This document shows positions 1-8,065 of a stretch of 64,000 nt of DNA, piece by piece; the stretch's first letter is position 1; each line of letters begins with the position of its first letter. Location of the stretch: IMG/VR virus record IMGVR_UViG_3300020577_007897. One strand, 5' to 3'. Position numbers and translations under genes: made by a program. The notes under the pieces were generated by a model. It saw only the letters and a program-made list of their open reading frames with translations, ran no database searches and was not told the origin of the DNA. The DNA is from a virus. Lineage: Duplodnaviria; Heunggongvirae; Uroviricota; Caudoviricetes.

Positions 1-243
1 GACAGCGCAATCGAGATGATCGAGCGCAAGTACAACGAGGCTGGCTACGCTATGCCTAAGGTTGTATTCTGGTGCTTGAATGCATATGCAAACGCTGCTG
101 TTAAGTTCGATACCAAGGGTACTGCTCTTGTATCAGGCTTCTCACCAGCAATTGCTAAGAGCGTTCTGGCAAACGATCTGGAAGACTTCACTCCAGAGAA
201 CGTAATGTTGAAGACGATTCTCAAGGATCGCTACAACTACTAA
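1..243 (+). CDS. hypothetical protein, C-terminal fragment (frame open to window start)
   Basis: Frame 1 is open from nt 1 to TAA at 241-243. ATG at 16 is probably internal. Confidence 0.45.
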   Translation, partial: DSAIEMIERKYNEAGYAMPKVVFWCLNAYANAAVKFDTKGTALVSGFSPAIAKSVLANDLEDFTPENVMLKTILKDRYNY

Positions 244-460
244 GGAATTGAGGTCAGCACTATCTGTGCTTTGATAAAAGAGGGATATAGAATCCCCTGC
301 CTCTCCAATGTATAGTAATGAGTCAATCGTGTCTAGATGAAGGATACTTGTCTAGCACTAGTACGCAGGGATGGCCATCCTCAGCGGAAACGGTGTGGAA
401 TATGTCGCAATGCCTTCACGAGAGAGTAGCGCTTAAATCTCTCAAGCTCATAACTATAAA

Positions 461-498
461 GAGAACCCCTGCCATGGTTTTTCATGGTTGGGGTTCTC
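461..498. promoter_or_regulatory. perfect 9-bp inverted repeat hairpin in the 275-nt noncoding leader
   Basis: GAGAACCCC(461-469) ... GGGGTTCTC(490-498). The 20-nt loop holds CCATGG...CATGG. It lies just upstream of RBS AAGGAGA(508-514). Confidence 0.3.
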
Positions 499-519
499 GC
501 TTATCTAAAGGAGATTATT

Positions 520-1173
520 ATGTTACTTTATCATGGTACTTCTAATTCAAATGCTTCTCTAATTGAAGTTACGGGTCTAAAGCCTCGCCGTAAACTTAAA
601 ACACGTGGTAATTGGACAAGCACCTACCATACACCTTCCCATCAAGATTTCGTTTATCTAGCTACTCAAGAATCATCAGCTGCTTTTCATGCTATTAGAA
701 CAGCTCTTGTCAAAGGAGAGACTGAAGCTACTATTATCAAAGTAGAAGTACCTGAGGAGAATCTTTATCCTGACGAAAATGCTTTGTGCGCAGAAGAATC
801 GTATGTCAAGACAATTGATGATATGAGAAAAGGAAAGCGGCGCATCAAGAAATCAAAAGATAAGCTTAAATCATCTCTTGAGAACTGGCAAATTTGTACT
901 CATCTGGGTGCTATTCCTGCTAACGCTATTGTCGAGAAGAAGAAATTCGATATCCATAATAATGAGTACTGGCCTATCTATCGCGGTTGCCAGACTGCAC
1001 AAGATTTTGACAAGCGATTGAACATGTTTATCTATGCCCAGCAGTGGCGTTTGATTACTTGGAACAGTCATGAAGAGTTTAAAGCTCTTTTATCGCAAAT
1101 AAAAGTTGAAGGTGATTTCATGCACTTTCCGAACGGCAAGGTCGTAGGATACCTTTTTGAAGCGCGCAACTAA
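520..1173 (+). CDS. hypothetical protein with N-terminal YHGTS motif (possible ADP-ribosyltransferase/Tpt1-like fold)
   Basis: ATG at 520 sits 5 nt after strong RBS AAGGAGA. 217 aa, starting MLLYHGTSNSNASL. Confidence 0.55.
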   Translation: MLLYHGTSNSNASLIEVTGLKPRRKLKTRGNWTSTYHTPSHQDFVYLATQESSAAFHAIRTALVKGETEATIIKVEVPEENLYPDENALCAEESYVKTIDDMRKGKRRIKKSKDKLKSSLENWQICTHLGAIPANAIVEKKKFDIHNNEYWPIYRGCQTAQDFDKRLNMFIYAQQWRLITWNSHEEFKALLSQIKVEGDFMHFPNGKVVGYLFEARN

Positions 1174-1227
1174 TACTGGCCATCAGGCTTAATAGCCGCT
1201 ATGATTAGGTATTGAAGAGGAGATGAT

Positions 1228-1485
1228 ATGTCCAAGTTATACATGCAATGTGTTCTAATGCAGCCATATGAATATGGCCGTCAATTTACGATCGGGTGGG
1301 TTGAGGAAGAGACAGCACGTCGTTCTCTCAAAGAAAACATCAAGGTCAGTTTGAAGGGCGAAGATGGTTGGTGGACTATTCGAGAGGTAGCAGAACCCGC
1401 TCGGTCGATCAAAGAGATTGAAGAAGTCAATGCCAAGTCTCGTCGTTCGTTTAATTCTATTAGTGACAAGGTGTCAACAAGCTAA
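1228..1485 (+). CDS. hypothetical protein
   Basis: RBS AGGAGATGAT before ATG at 1228. 85 aa. Confidence 0.45.
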   Translation: MSKLYMQCVLMQPYEYGRQFTIGWVEEETARRSLKENIKVSLKGEDGWWTIREVAEPARSIKEIEEVNAKSRRSFNSISDKVSTS

Positions 1486-1703
1486 TGCAGCGCGCTGGTA
1501 AAAAGAAACCTATGACAATTCGCGACGATTCGGACCAGCTGTCCAAGATGTCGCTTATCCGTTTTCTTAACGAAGCAATCAAGGAGCTGAACTCTGTTGG
1601 CGATGAAGATGCAGCTCTTCGTTTCGAGAACTTCCGTGACTATATGCTCAACGATTTCAAAGGTTGTTACTTACATTACAATCATAGAATTTTAGGGATT
1701 TAA
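1485..1703 (+). CDS. hypothetical protein
   Basis: ATG overlaps the upstream stop (TAATG). 72 aa. Confidence 0.4.
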   Translation: MQRAGKKKPMTIRDDSDQLSKMSLIRFLNEAIKELNSVGDEDAALRFENFRDYMLNDFKGCYLHYNHRILGI

Positions 1704-2203
1704 TGGGAATTAAAGGGCAAAGAGGCGGCAGTAAACCAGCGTCTATTGAAAAGCGATTTTGGTCAAAAGTCAAAGTTGTAGACAACAGTTGTTGGGAGTG
1801 GCAAGGATCAAAAGATAGAGATGGATATGGTCAAGCATTTCATGATCAAAAATTTATTGCTGCACACCGATTGTCATGGTTAGTTCATAAAGGCAATCTG
1901 CCTAATTTATTTGTATGCCATAAATGCGATAATCCTTCTTGTGTCAATCCGGATCATCTTTTTCTAGGTACTAATTCTGACAACATGTTAGATATGGTCA
2001 AGAAAGGAAGAGCACCTAACAGAAAAGGATCCAACCATGGCATGGCAAAATTAAATGAAGACAAAGTAAAAGAAATAAAAAGGTTACTATCTAACGGTAG
2101 TACAATGTATGCTGTAGCTAAAGCGTATAATGTAACATTTGGTACAATTCGAAATATTAAAATGATAAAACTTGGACACATGTGCAGGTTTAAAACAAAG
2201 TAA
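1703..2203 (+). CDS. HNH homing endonuclease (HNH_3/AP2-type)
   Basis: WEWQGSKDRDGYGQ...HRLSW...CHKCDNPSCVNPDHL, an HNH zinc-finger signature. Freestanding between small ORFs. Confidence 0.8.
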   Translation: MGIKGQRGGSKPASIEKRFWSKVKVVDNSCWEWQGSKDRDGYGQAFHDQKFIAAHRLSWLVHKGNLPNLFVCHKCDNPSCVNPDHLFLGTNSDNMLDMVKKGRAPNRKGSNHGMAKLNEDKVKEIKRLLSNGSTMYAVAKAYNVTFGTIRNIKMIKLGHMCRFKTK

Positions 2204-2214
2204 AGGAATAAAGT

Positions 2215-2415
2215 ATGGAACTTATCGAGCAGTTCAAGAGTGGAATGAAGAAGTCTTGGCTTAATGGCCGATCTGTTGGAGCATATTCCAATATTAACGG
2301 GCTGTGGGCCGCAATTTCAACAACTGGCGAAGTAGATGTTTTTGACACCAAGAAGGAAGCTTCTAAGTGGCTCAAGAATCAATATCGCGCCCTTCCTGAA
2401 GATACGGTGCACTAA
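2215..2415 (+). CDS. hypothetical protein
   Basis: 66-aa ORF with RBS AAGGAATAAAGT before the ATG. Confidence 0.4.
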   Translation: MELIEQFKSGMKKSWLNGRSVGAYSNINGLWAAISTTGEVDVFDTKKEASKWLKNQYRALPEDTVH

Positions 2416-2699
2416 TGCCTATCTCATCAAAGTCTGAAAATAGCAGCTCAGAAAATCTCCTTGAACAAATTAGAGAAGATAATCTCTTTCCAGTTATTCT
2501 CCGCAATAGAGAAGATGGCGTAATTGTTCTCGTCAGTACTTACGATTGGGAAGACCGTGAATATAAGGGTGTAATTATTGGTGAATATCCTGATGAAAAT
2601 AACTTCACAATTGGTGAAAACTATTCTATCTGGGACACTGAAAAAAACATTTATGAGATTTACACCTCTCCAATAACGTTGCAGTATGAACATGAGTAA
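2415..2699 (+). CDS. hypothetical protein
   Basis: 94 aa; TAATG stop-start overlap. Confidence 0.4.
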   Translation: MPISSKSENSSSENLLEQIREDNLFPVILRNREDGVIVLVSTYDWEDREYKGVIIGEYPDENNFTIGENYSIWDTEKNIYEIYTSPITLQYEHE

Positions 2700-3087
2700 T
2701 ATTATTGAAATTGTTCTTTACTTAATCTTCTTGCATTGGGTGGCTGACTTTGTGATTCAAACACATTGGCAGGCATCCAATAAGAGCAAGAATTGGGTAG
2801 CACTTTCTTCCCACGTTCTAACTTATACGATAGCTATCTGCGTTGGCCTGACACTCTATATGGAAAATAGAGTTGGCTTGGAGTTTCGTGAGTTTTGGCC
2901 ATTCTTGGCTACATGGACTCTTGTAAATGGAGCACTACATTTTGTAACAGATGCTATTACTTCACGTATAAATACATATCTATGGAATAAAGGAAGTGTT
3001 CACAACTTCTTTGTATCAGTAGGGTTTGATCAAGTACTTCATTACTTTGCGTTAATTGGTACTTTCTTTTTCCTGCTTGGTGTATAA
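2686..3087 (+). CDS. membrane protein (DUF3307-like HxxxDFxxQ motif)
   Basis: 133 aa with several hydrophobic helices and the motif LHWVADFVIQT. Confidence 0.5.
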   Translation: MNMSNIIEIVLYLIFLHWVADFVIQTHWQASNKSKNWVALSSHVLTYTIAICVGLTLYMENRVGLEFREFWPFLATWTLVNGALHFVTDAITSRINTYLWNKGSVHNFFVSVGFDQVLHYFALIGTFFFLLGV

Positions 3088-3092
3088 TAATT

Positions 3093-3167
3093 GCTGAGTT
3101 GGTATATTGGCTGTTGCCTTAGCCTTCCAAGCTAAAGAAATGGGTTCGATTCCCATACTCAGCTCCA
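3093..3167 (+). tRNA. tRNA-Gly (anticodon UCC), CCA encoded
   Basis: Acceptor GCTGAGT/ACTCAGC. Anticodon stem TTAGC/GCTAA, loop CTTCCAA. T-arm ATGGG-TTCGATT-CCCAT. Discriminator T then CCA. Confidence 0.8.
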
Positions 3168-3182
3168 AATTATAGGTTTGTT

Positions 3183-3503
3183 ATGAAAAACGTCTTGAAT
3201 ATTAATGAATATCCAGAAGAAGTATGGAAGCTTCTTGTAGATGACTATGAAGTTATTGAACAAGAGCACCGTAGAGGCTCTAACTTCTATACCAATGCTG
3301 TTATTCATATTGATGAAGACTTGGTGAATGAGTTTCCTATTCTTGCCCCTTATCCTGAATTGATTGGTAGTTTCCTTACAAACACTTTCATCTGGGATTC
3401 TGACTATGGTAATGATTGGAATGATATTGATACTCTCACACGTGCTGAAGAGCGTAGGATTGAGAGGGTTATAACTGAAACAAAATGGATACCTGTTGAA
3501 TGA
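3183..3503 (+). CDS. hypothetical protein
   Basis: 106-aa acidic ORF. Confidence 0.45.
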   Translation: MKNVLNINEYPEEVWKLLVDDYEVIEQEHRRGSNFYTNAVIHIDEDLVNEFPILAPYPELIGSFLTNTFIWDSDYGNDWNDIDTLTRAEERRIERVITETKWIPVE

Positions 3504-3742
3504 AACCACTTGCTAATTATGTTGTATTAGATGTAGGCCTACCAAATAAAACTGGCCTTTTAATTCCTGATGCAGTAAAGAATATTCGAAATGACCATAC
3601 TGCTATTGTTAAGGCAATTGGTCCTGATGTAACTTGCGTAAAGATTGGTGATGAAGTATTGTTTCGTCCTGGCTCTATGCTAGCGCATCGAAATGAGACA
3701 AATGTGATCGTAGAAGATAAACACATTCTAGCGGTTCTATAA
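3500..3742 (+). CDS. GroES/Cpn10-like co-chaperonin (functional analog of T4 gp31)
   Basis: 80 aa: KPLANYVVLDV...GLLIPD...AIVKAIGPDV...KIGDEVLF...NVIVEDKHILAVL. This matches the GroES pattern KPL-DRV...G-IL...G-V-AVG...GD-V-F...IL. Confidence 0.6.
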   Translation: MKPLANYVVLDVGLPNKTGLLIPDAVKNIRNDHTAIVKAIGPDVTCVKIGDEVLFRPGSMLAHRNETNVIVEDKHILAVL

Positions 3743-4147
3743 ATGTCAAATGGCGTAATGTTAATCCTTAGAGGTATTCAGAATCTACTTCATGAAGCTC
3801 CTGCGATTGAATACGCTAAACAAATGGGATACACTCCAGAGGTACTAGACGCGTCTGGTGAAACTGGAATGTATTCTGCCCAAACTAACCTTGCACTAAA
3901 AAGAATCAGAGATGGAAATGGCGATATTACTGCTCTGTATGGCTTTAGTGGCGGTGGGTATAACGCTTTACATATTTGGGATCGTCTAGAAGAAGACGAA
4001 AAGAAACAAATTAAAAAGATTGTCGTTATTGGTTCACCTGGAGTAAAATATGCTTCATTTGCTGGTATAGAAGATATTATTATCTATAATAATCCAGATG
4101 TTGCCCATATGAATCAAACTGATGATTTCCTAAAAAATATGGTGTAA
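3743..4147 (+). CDS. hypothetical protein (GFSGGG nucleophile-elbow-like motif)
   Basis: 134-aa ORF. Confidence 0.4.
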   Translation: MSNGVMLILRGIQNLLHEAPAIEYAKQMGYTPEVLDASGETGMYSAQTNLALKRIRDGNGDITALYGFSGGGYNALHIWDRLEEDEKKQIKKIVVIGSPGVKYASFAGIEDIIIYNNPDVAHMNQTDDFLKNMV

Positions 4148-4233
4148 CATGCCATTACAAGATGATAATGTTCTAGCGATATTGATTTGTCTTGCGCTTA
4201 TTCCATTAATTATACTAGCGCTTAAAAAGAAAT

Positions 4234-4310
4234 AGGCCTATAGCATAAAGGTTAATGCCACCAGCTCATAACTGGTTTTTATCTCAGTTCAATTCTGAGT
4301 GGGCCTACCA
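4234..4310 (+). tRNA. tRNA-Met-like (anticodon CAT); could be initiator, elongator or Ile-lysidine
   Basis: Acceptor AGGCCTA/TGGGCCT (one G-U). D-arm GCAT-AAAGGTTA-ATGC. Anticodon stem ACCAG/CTGGT, loop CTCATAA. T-arm CTCAG-TTCAATT-CTGAG. CCA encoded. The 6-nt variable loop is unusual. Confidence 0.7.
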
Positions 4311-4345
4311 TTCCTAACCTATTGATCTACATGCTAAGTCCATGC

Positions 4346-4374
4346 TTGATCTACCTGTGAGAACATGCTATATT
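4346..4374 (+). promoter_or_regulatory. sigma70-like early promoter TTGATC-N17-TATATT
   Basis: -35 TTGATC(4346-4351), a 17-nt spacer, -10 TATATT(4369-4374). An ATG lies 8 nt downstream at the predicted +1. Confidence 0.5.
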
Positions 4375-4405
4375 AAGTAATATGATGAACATGGAGAGCA
4401 AAGCT

Positions 4406-4777
4406 ATGGAATTTCTGCACAAGGAAGAAGCAGTAATTGGCGTTTATTATATGCAAAAGCATACGCTTGATCCTCGTGGCGGTATTCAGTTTATGGATTG
4501 CGAAGGTGACATTCAGGTTTGGGTTACTGATTGTACTTCTATGAACGAACTTTATAACGGTGTAATTAAATTAATTATGGAAAAGCATAATCAAACTTAC
4601 GATAATGCTGTTGAAATTTTTAATGAAATTACTATGGATTGGGCATTTTGTGGTTGCCCTGTAGATGAGTTTGACGATAAGCGTACGCCTGAAGACTATA
4701 CTGAAAAGCTGACTAAGGCTGAATATATTGCTCGTTTTTATGACGATCTTGAAATGTATGTTGAGGATTACCTCTAA
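4406..4777 (+). CDS. hypothetical protein
   Basis: The ORF is open from 4382. ATG at 4406 has RBS GGAGAG 7 nt upstream, so it is the preferred start. Confidence 0.5.
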   Translation: MEFLHKEEAVIGVYYMQKHTLDPRGGIQFMDCEGDIQVWVTDCTSMNELYNGVIKLIMEKHNQTYDNAVEIFNEITMDWAFCGCPVDEFDDKRTPEDYTEKLTKAEYIARFYDDLEMYVEDYL

Positions 4778-4786
4778 GGATATAAT

Positions 4787-5650
4787 ATGCGCATTGGTTT
4801 TATGAGCGATTTGCATTTGGAGTTTAGAAATAAGCATCCAAAGCTTTATCAAGACAATCCTGAAAACTATGGCGATGTTCTTATTCTAGCTGGCGATACT
4901 GTGCTGGCTAGATATCTGCCTGATTATATGACAGATGCTAACGCTCGTTCTTTCAAGAAGCTTTTGAACCTCCTGGAAGAAAAGCTGTTCAGTAAGTATA
5001 CGCATGTGTTTATGGTTGCAGGCAATCACGAACATTATAATGGTATCTTTTCACGTACCGTTCCTGAGATGAAGAAGTATTTCGAAGGCCCTGGTAAGAA
5101 CGTCAAGGTTTTTGATAACGACTTTGTCGATATTGGTGATGTTCGATTTGTAGGTTCTACTCTGTGGGCAGATTTCCATAAGGGTAATCCTGTAAGTATG
5201 GATAACTGTCGCCATGGTATGAACGATTTCCGTCTTATCTATCGTCAGAATCCTCTCGAATTGACTTATGTCGATCGAATGGATCCTTTTGCTGGTGCTA
5301 TCACTCCTGATTTTATTCTGTCTGAGCATACTATTGCAAAGCAGTATATTAACGAAGTGATCAAGACTGATAAGGACGTTTTCGTTTTTACGCATCACGC
5401 TCCTACTTACCATGGTTCAGGTCGTGATCGCTATGGTACTGAGTTGGAAGGTGCTTATTGTTCGGATCTTTCTGAGATGATTCTCGATAATCCAAACATT
5501 AAGTACTGGATTCACGGCCATACGCATATTAACACAGACTATATGGTTGGTGATTGTCACGTAATCTCTAACCAGTGTGGTTATGCTAGTATGTTTGCTG
5601 GTGATCAACCTTGGGAAACGTTTGTAGGACCGCGACATGTCGAACTTTAA
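4787..5650 (+). CDS. calcineurin-like metallophosphoesterase
   Basis: Motifs GFMSDLHLE, LAGDTV, VAGNHEHY and HGHTH. 287 aa. Confidence 0.75.
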   Translation: MRIGFMSDLHLEFRNKHPKLYQDNPENYGDVLILAGDTVLARYLPDYMTDANARSFKKLLNLLEEKLFSKYTHVFMVAGNHEHYNGIFSRTVPEMKKYFEGPGKNVKVFDNDFVDIGDVRFVGSTLWADFHKGNPVSMDNCRHGMNDFRLIYRQNPLELTYVDRMDPFAGAITPDFILSEHTIAKQYINEVIKTDKDVFVFTHHAPTYHGSGRDRYGTELEGAYCSDLSEMILDNPNIKYWIHGHTHINTDYMVGDCHVISNQCGYASMFAGDQPWETFVGPRHVEL

Positions 5651-5843
5651 TGAAAAAGAAGGGTATATGTGTCTCACTGATTATGAGTGGCATCTCGAGT
5701 CCTGGCCGCGGGATGAACTTGGTGCGATCGTATACCCTTCAGTAAAGGCACTTGAAGCGGCTCGCTCTTGTGTGCGAGACGAATGTGGTATTGTTAAGGT
5801 AAAGATTCAACTTGTAGAAGTTATTAAAGATGAAGATTTCTGA
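5637..5843 (+). CDS. hypothetical protein
   Basis: 68 aa; overlaps the upstream gene end. Confidence 0.4.
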   Translation: MSNFNEKEGYMCLTDYEWHLESWPRDELGAIVYPSVKALEAARSCVRDECGIVKVKIQLVEVIKDEDF

Positions 5844-5992
5844 ATCAGAGCTGCTCACTATTCTAACTGATAGTGCTCATCAAGTTGAAAGAGCAAAACC
5901 AGTTGAACCTAATTGGGTTGGTCCTGATCCAGAATGGTTTGAAATGTTTATTGAAACTGTACTGCTTCAGTTAGAGGCAAGAGAGGAATAAG

Positions 5993-6097
5993 ATGAAATC
6001 TCCATACGGTAAGATCGCTTTCGTTTTGATTGGTTCGTTTTTGATGGCCATTATTCTTATGGCATCAGTAATTGCAACAGCTCCAGCTGGTACATAA
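5993..6097 (+). CDS. small membrane peptide (34 aa)
   Basis: RBS GAGAGG sits 6 nt before ATG 5993. Sequence MKSPYGKIAFVLIGSFLMAIILMASVIATAPAGT. TAATG couples it to the next gene. Absent from the ORF track (<60 aa). Confidence 0.4.
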   Translation: MKSPYGKIAFVLIGSFLMAIILMASVIATAPAGT

Positions 6098-6498
6098 TGA
6101 AACAAGATCTTAATAAGCTTCGTGAAAAGTATCCCAAAGTCTTTCCTCATGCTATTTCTCTTGATGAAGAAAAAGGCACCAACTTTAAGTGGTGGGGCTT
6201 TGAATGTGGCCCTGGCTGGTACGAGATTCTCGATTCAGCTGGTCTAGCTATTACTGCTCTTATCAAGCAAGCTGAGAACGACAAGAAAAAGCTTAAGTTC
6301 GAGACTCTGCAGATCAAAGAAAAGTTTGGCGATCTTCGCTGGTATTATCGTTGCTCTGATAAAAGAGTAGATGGTATTATCTTAATGGCAGAAGTTATGT
6401 CAAGTAAGACTTGTGAAAAATGTGGCAAGCCTGGTGCTATAGATACTGAAGCTACTTGGTATGCAGTACTTTGCAAACGTTGTAGGAATAAGAAATGA
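6097..6498 (+). CDS. hypothetical protein with C-terminal CxxC...CxxC zinc ribbon
   Basis: 133 aa ending CEKCGKPG...CKRCRNKK. Confidence 0.5.
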   Translation: MKQDLNKLREKYPKVFPHAISLDEEKGTNFKWWGFECGPGWYEILDSAGLAITALIKQAENDKKKLKFETLQIKEKFGDLRWYYRCSDKRVDGIILMAEVMSSKTCEKCGKPGAIDTEATWYAVLCKRCRNKK

Positions 6499-7070
6499 CA
6501 ATCTGGTTTATCAGTGACCCGCATTTTGGTCACGAAAATATCATCAAGTTCACTGGGCTAGATGGCAATAAGATTCGCCCAGGCTTCAATGATATTGATC
6601 ACATGAATACTACTATCATCCAGCATTGGAATAGTATGATCTCACCTTCCGATAAGGTGTACTGCATGGGCGACTTTGGTAACCCAGATATTGCAGCGCA
6701 GCTTAATGGTAAGAAGCGTCTGATTCTAGGTAACCATGACGTTAAGTGGGATAAGCTGCATAAGTACTTTCAGAAGATCAGTCTAATTCGCTGGTTCAAT
6801 GAAGATGGTGTTAACTTTGTAGTATCGCATTGTCCGCTTCGTTTTGATGCAGATTCTCTACCGCATCGTCAGGTACATTTTAATGTACATGGCCATATTC
6901 ATGAGAAGCTTGTTAAGACTGAGCATGGCACTGATGATCTACGTTATGTGAATCTGTGTGTTGAACATACTGATTGGAAGCCGGTCAATATGGATCAACT
7001 AGTTAAGATGATGAAAGATCGTATGGAAGACCCGGCTTATAAAGCTCCAATCTATGGAAAGGTTTTGTAA
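6495..7070 (+). CDS. metallophosphatase (PPP/ApaH-like Ser/Thr or nucleotide phosphoesterase)
   Basis: Motifs ISDPHFGHENIIKF, CMGDFGN, LGNHD and HGHIHE. Confidence 0.7.
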   Translation: MTIWFISDPHFGHENIIKFTGLDGNKIRPGFNDIDHMNTTIIQHWNSMISPSDKVYCMGDFGNPDIAAQLNGKKRLILGNHDVKWDKLHKYFQKISLIRWFNEDGVNFVVSHCPLRFDADSLPHRQVHFNVHGHIHEKLVKTEHGTDDLRYVNLCVEHTDWKPVNMDQLVKMMKDRMEDPAYKAPIYGKVL

Positions 7071-7414
7071 TGAAAGAGCAATACGCGACTGTCTTTAATA
7101 AATTGCTTGAAAATGAATTTGCTGATGCAACAGGTACTGACCTTGTTGATATTGGTATGAGCTTTACTATCCTTGGTCTAGATAATCATGTTAAGGACGA
7201 AGGATATACCAAGGCCATTCAGGAAGCTAAGGTTGTTGCAGATGCTATGCGCTTGCTGGCGCAGGGGCTTGTACAAATGAAAGTAATGGAGGAGATGCTT
7301 GGACGAGAACGATTCCGAGAGCTTATCGAATCACATAAAGATGAAATCGAAGCGCGCTTTGAGGCGCTGCAGCGCCTTCGCGCTCATTGCGAAAAGCGAA
7401 ATACCAGCGGGTAA
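7070..7414 (+). CDS. hypothetical protein
   Basis: 114 aa. Confidence 0.4.
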   Translation: MKEQYATVFNKLLENEFADATGTDLVDIGMSFTILGLDNHVKDEGYTKAIQEAKVVADAMRLLAQGLVQMKVMEEMLGRERFRELIESHKDEIEARFEALQRLRAHCEKRNTSG

Positions 7415-7611
7415 AAAGCCGCATTAAGAATACATGGGGCAAGTACTGGGCAGCTAACAATGAGTTTATTGAACAAGCTACCCAGCGCCATGTAGATAAT
7501 GCTGCTAAGTGTTCATGCTGGATGTGTGGACATAAGCGTAAAATCGAAGGAGCACCAATTCGTGAAAAACGAAAGCTCCAAGAAAAGATTAAGGACCAGC
7601 TAGATGAGTAA
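7387..7611 (+). CDS. hypothetical basic protein (CxxC pair)
   Basis: 74 aa; overlaps the upstream gene. Confidence 0.35.
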   Translation: MRKAKYQRVKSRIKNTWGKYWAANNEFIEQATQRHVDNAAKCSCWMCGHKRKIEGAPIREKRKLQEKIKDQLDE

Positions 7612-8056
7612 AGTAGTAATAGCTGGTTCTCGTGATTTCTTTGACGAAGAGATTGTGTTCAATGGTATTGAGCGCGCTCTTCGTCTTTTTCGTACGTACC
7701 CTACAGAAGTATTTTCTGGTAAAGCTAAAGGTGTTGATAGGCTAGGAGAGCTTTGGGCTTATAAGAATAACGTTCCTATCAAGCCATTTCCTGCTGCTTG
7801 GAAGACACATGGGGCAGCTGCCGGTCCTATCCGCAATGCGCAAATGGCTTTCTTTTGTGATTATGGTATTGTTTTTGTAAATGAAGATTCACCAAATGGC
7901 TCTCCTGGTTCAAGAGGAATGGCCAAATTGCTAGCACAACACAAGAAGAAAAACATTGTGTTCTATATAAAGGACCAGAAAGTACGTGCAGTCTATCTGA
8001 ATGGTGCCTATATTGATAGCAATGATGTTGTAGTTGACACTATATTTTTCTCATAG
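7604..8056 (+). CDS. SLOG/YpsA-like Rossmann-fold protein (DUF2493-like)
   Basis: N-terminal VVIAGSRDFFDEE, cf. YpsA AITGSR. 150 aa. Confidence 0.45.
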   Translation: MSKVVIAGSRDFFDEEIVFNGIERALRLFRTYPTEVFSGKAKGVDRLGELWAYKNNVPIKPFPAAWKTHGAAAGPIRNAQMAFFCDYGIVFVNEDSPNGSPGSRGMAKLLAQHKKKNIVFYIKDQKVRAVYLNGAYIDSNDVVVDTIFFS

Positions 8057-8065
8057 GAGATAATC

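Noticed and set aside
318-545. 75-aa ORF in the long leader before gene 520-1173
   Set aside because: It has no RBS, overlaps the strong RBS/start of the downstream gene out of frame, and lies across the hairpin. It is treated as noncoding.
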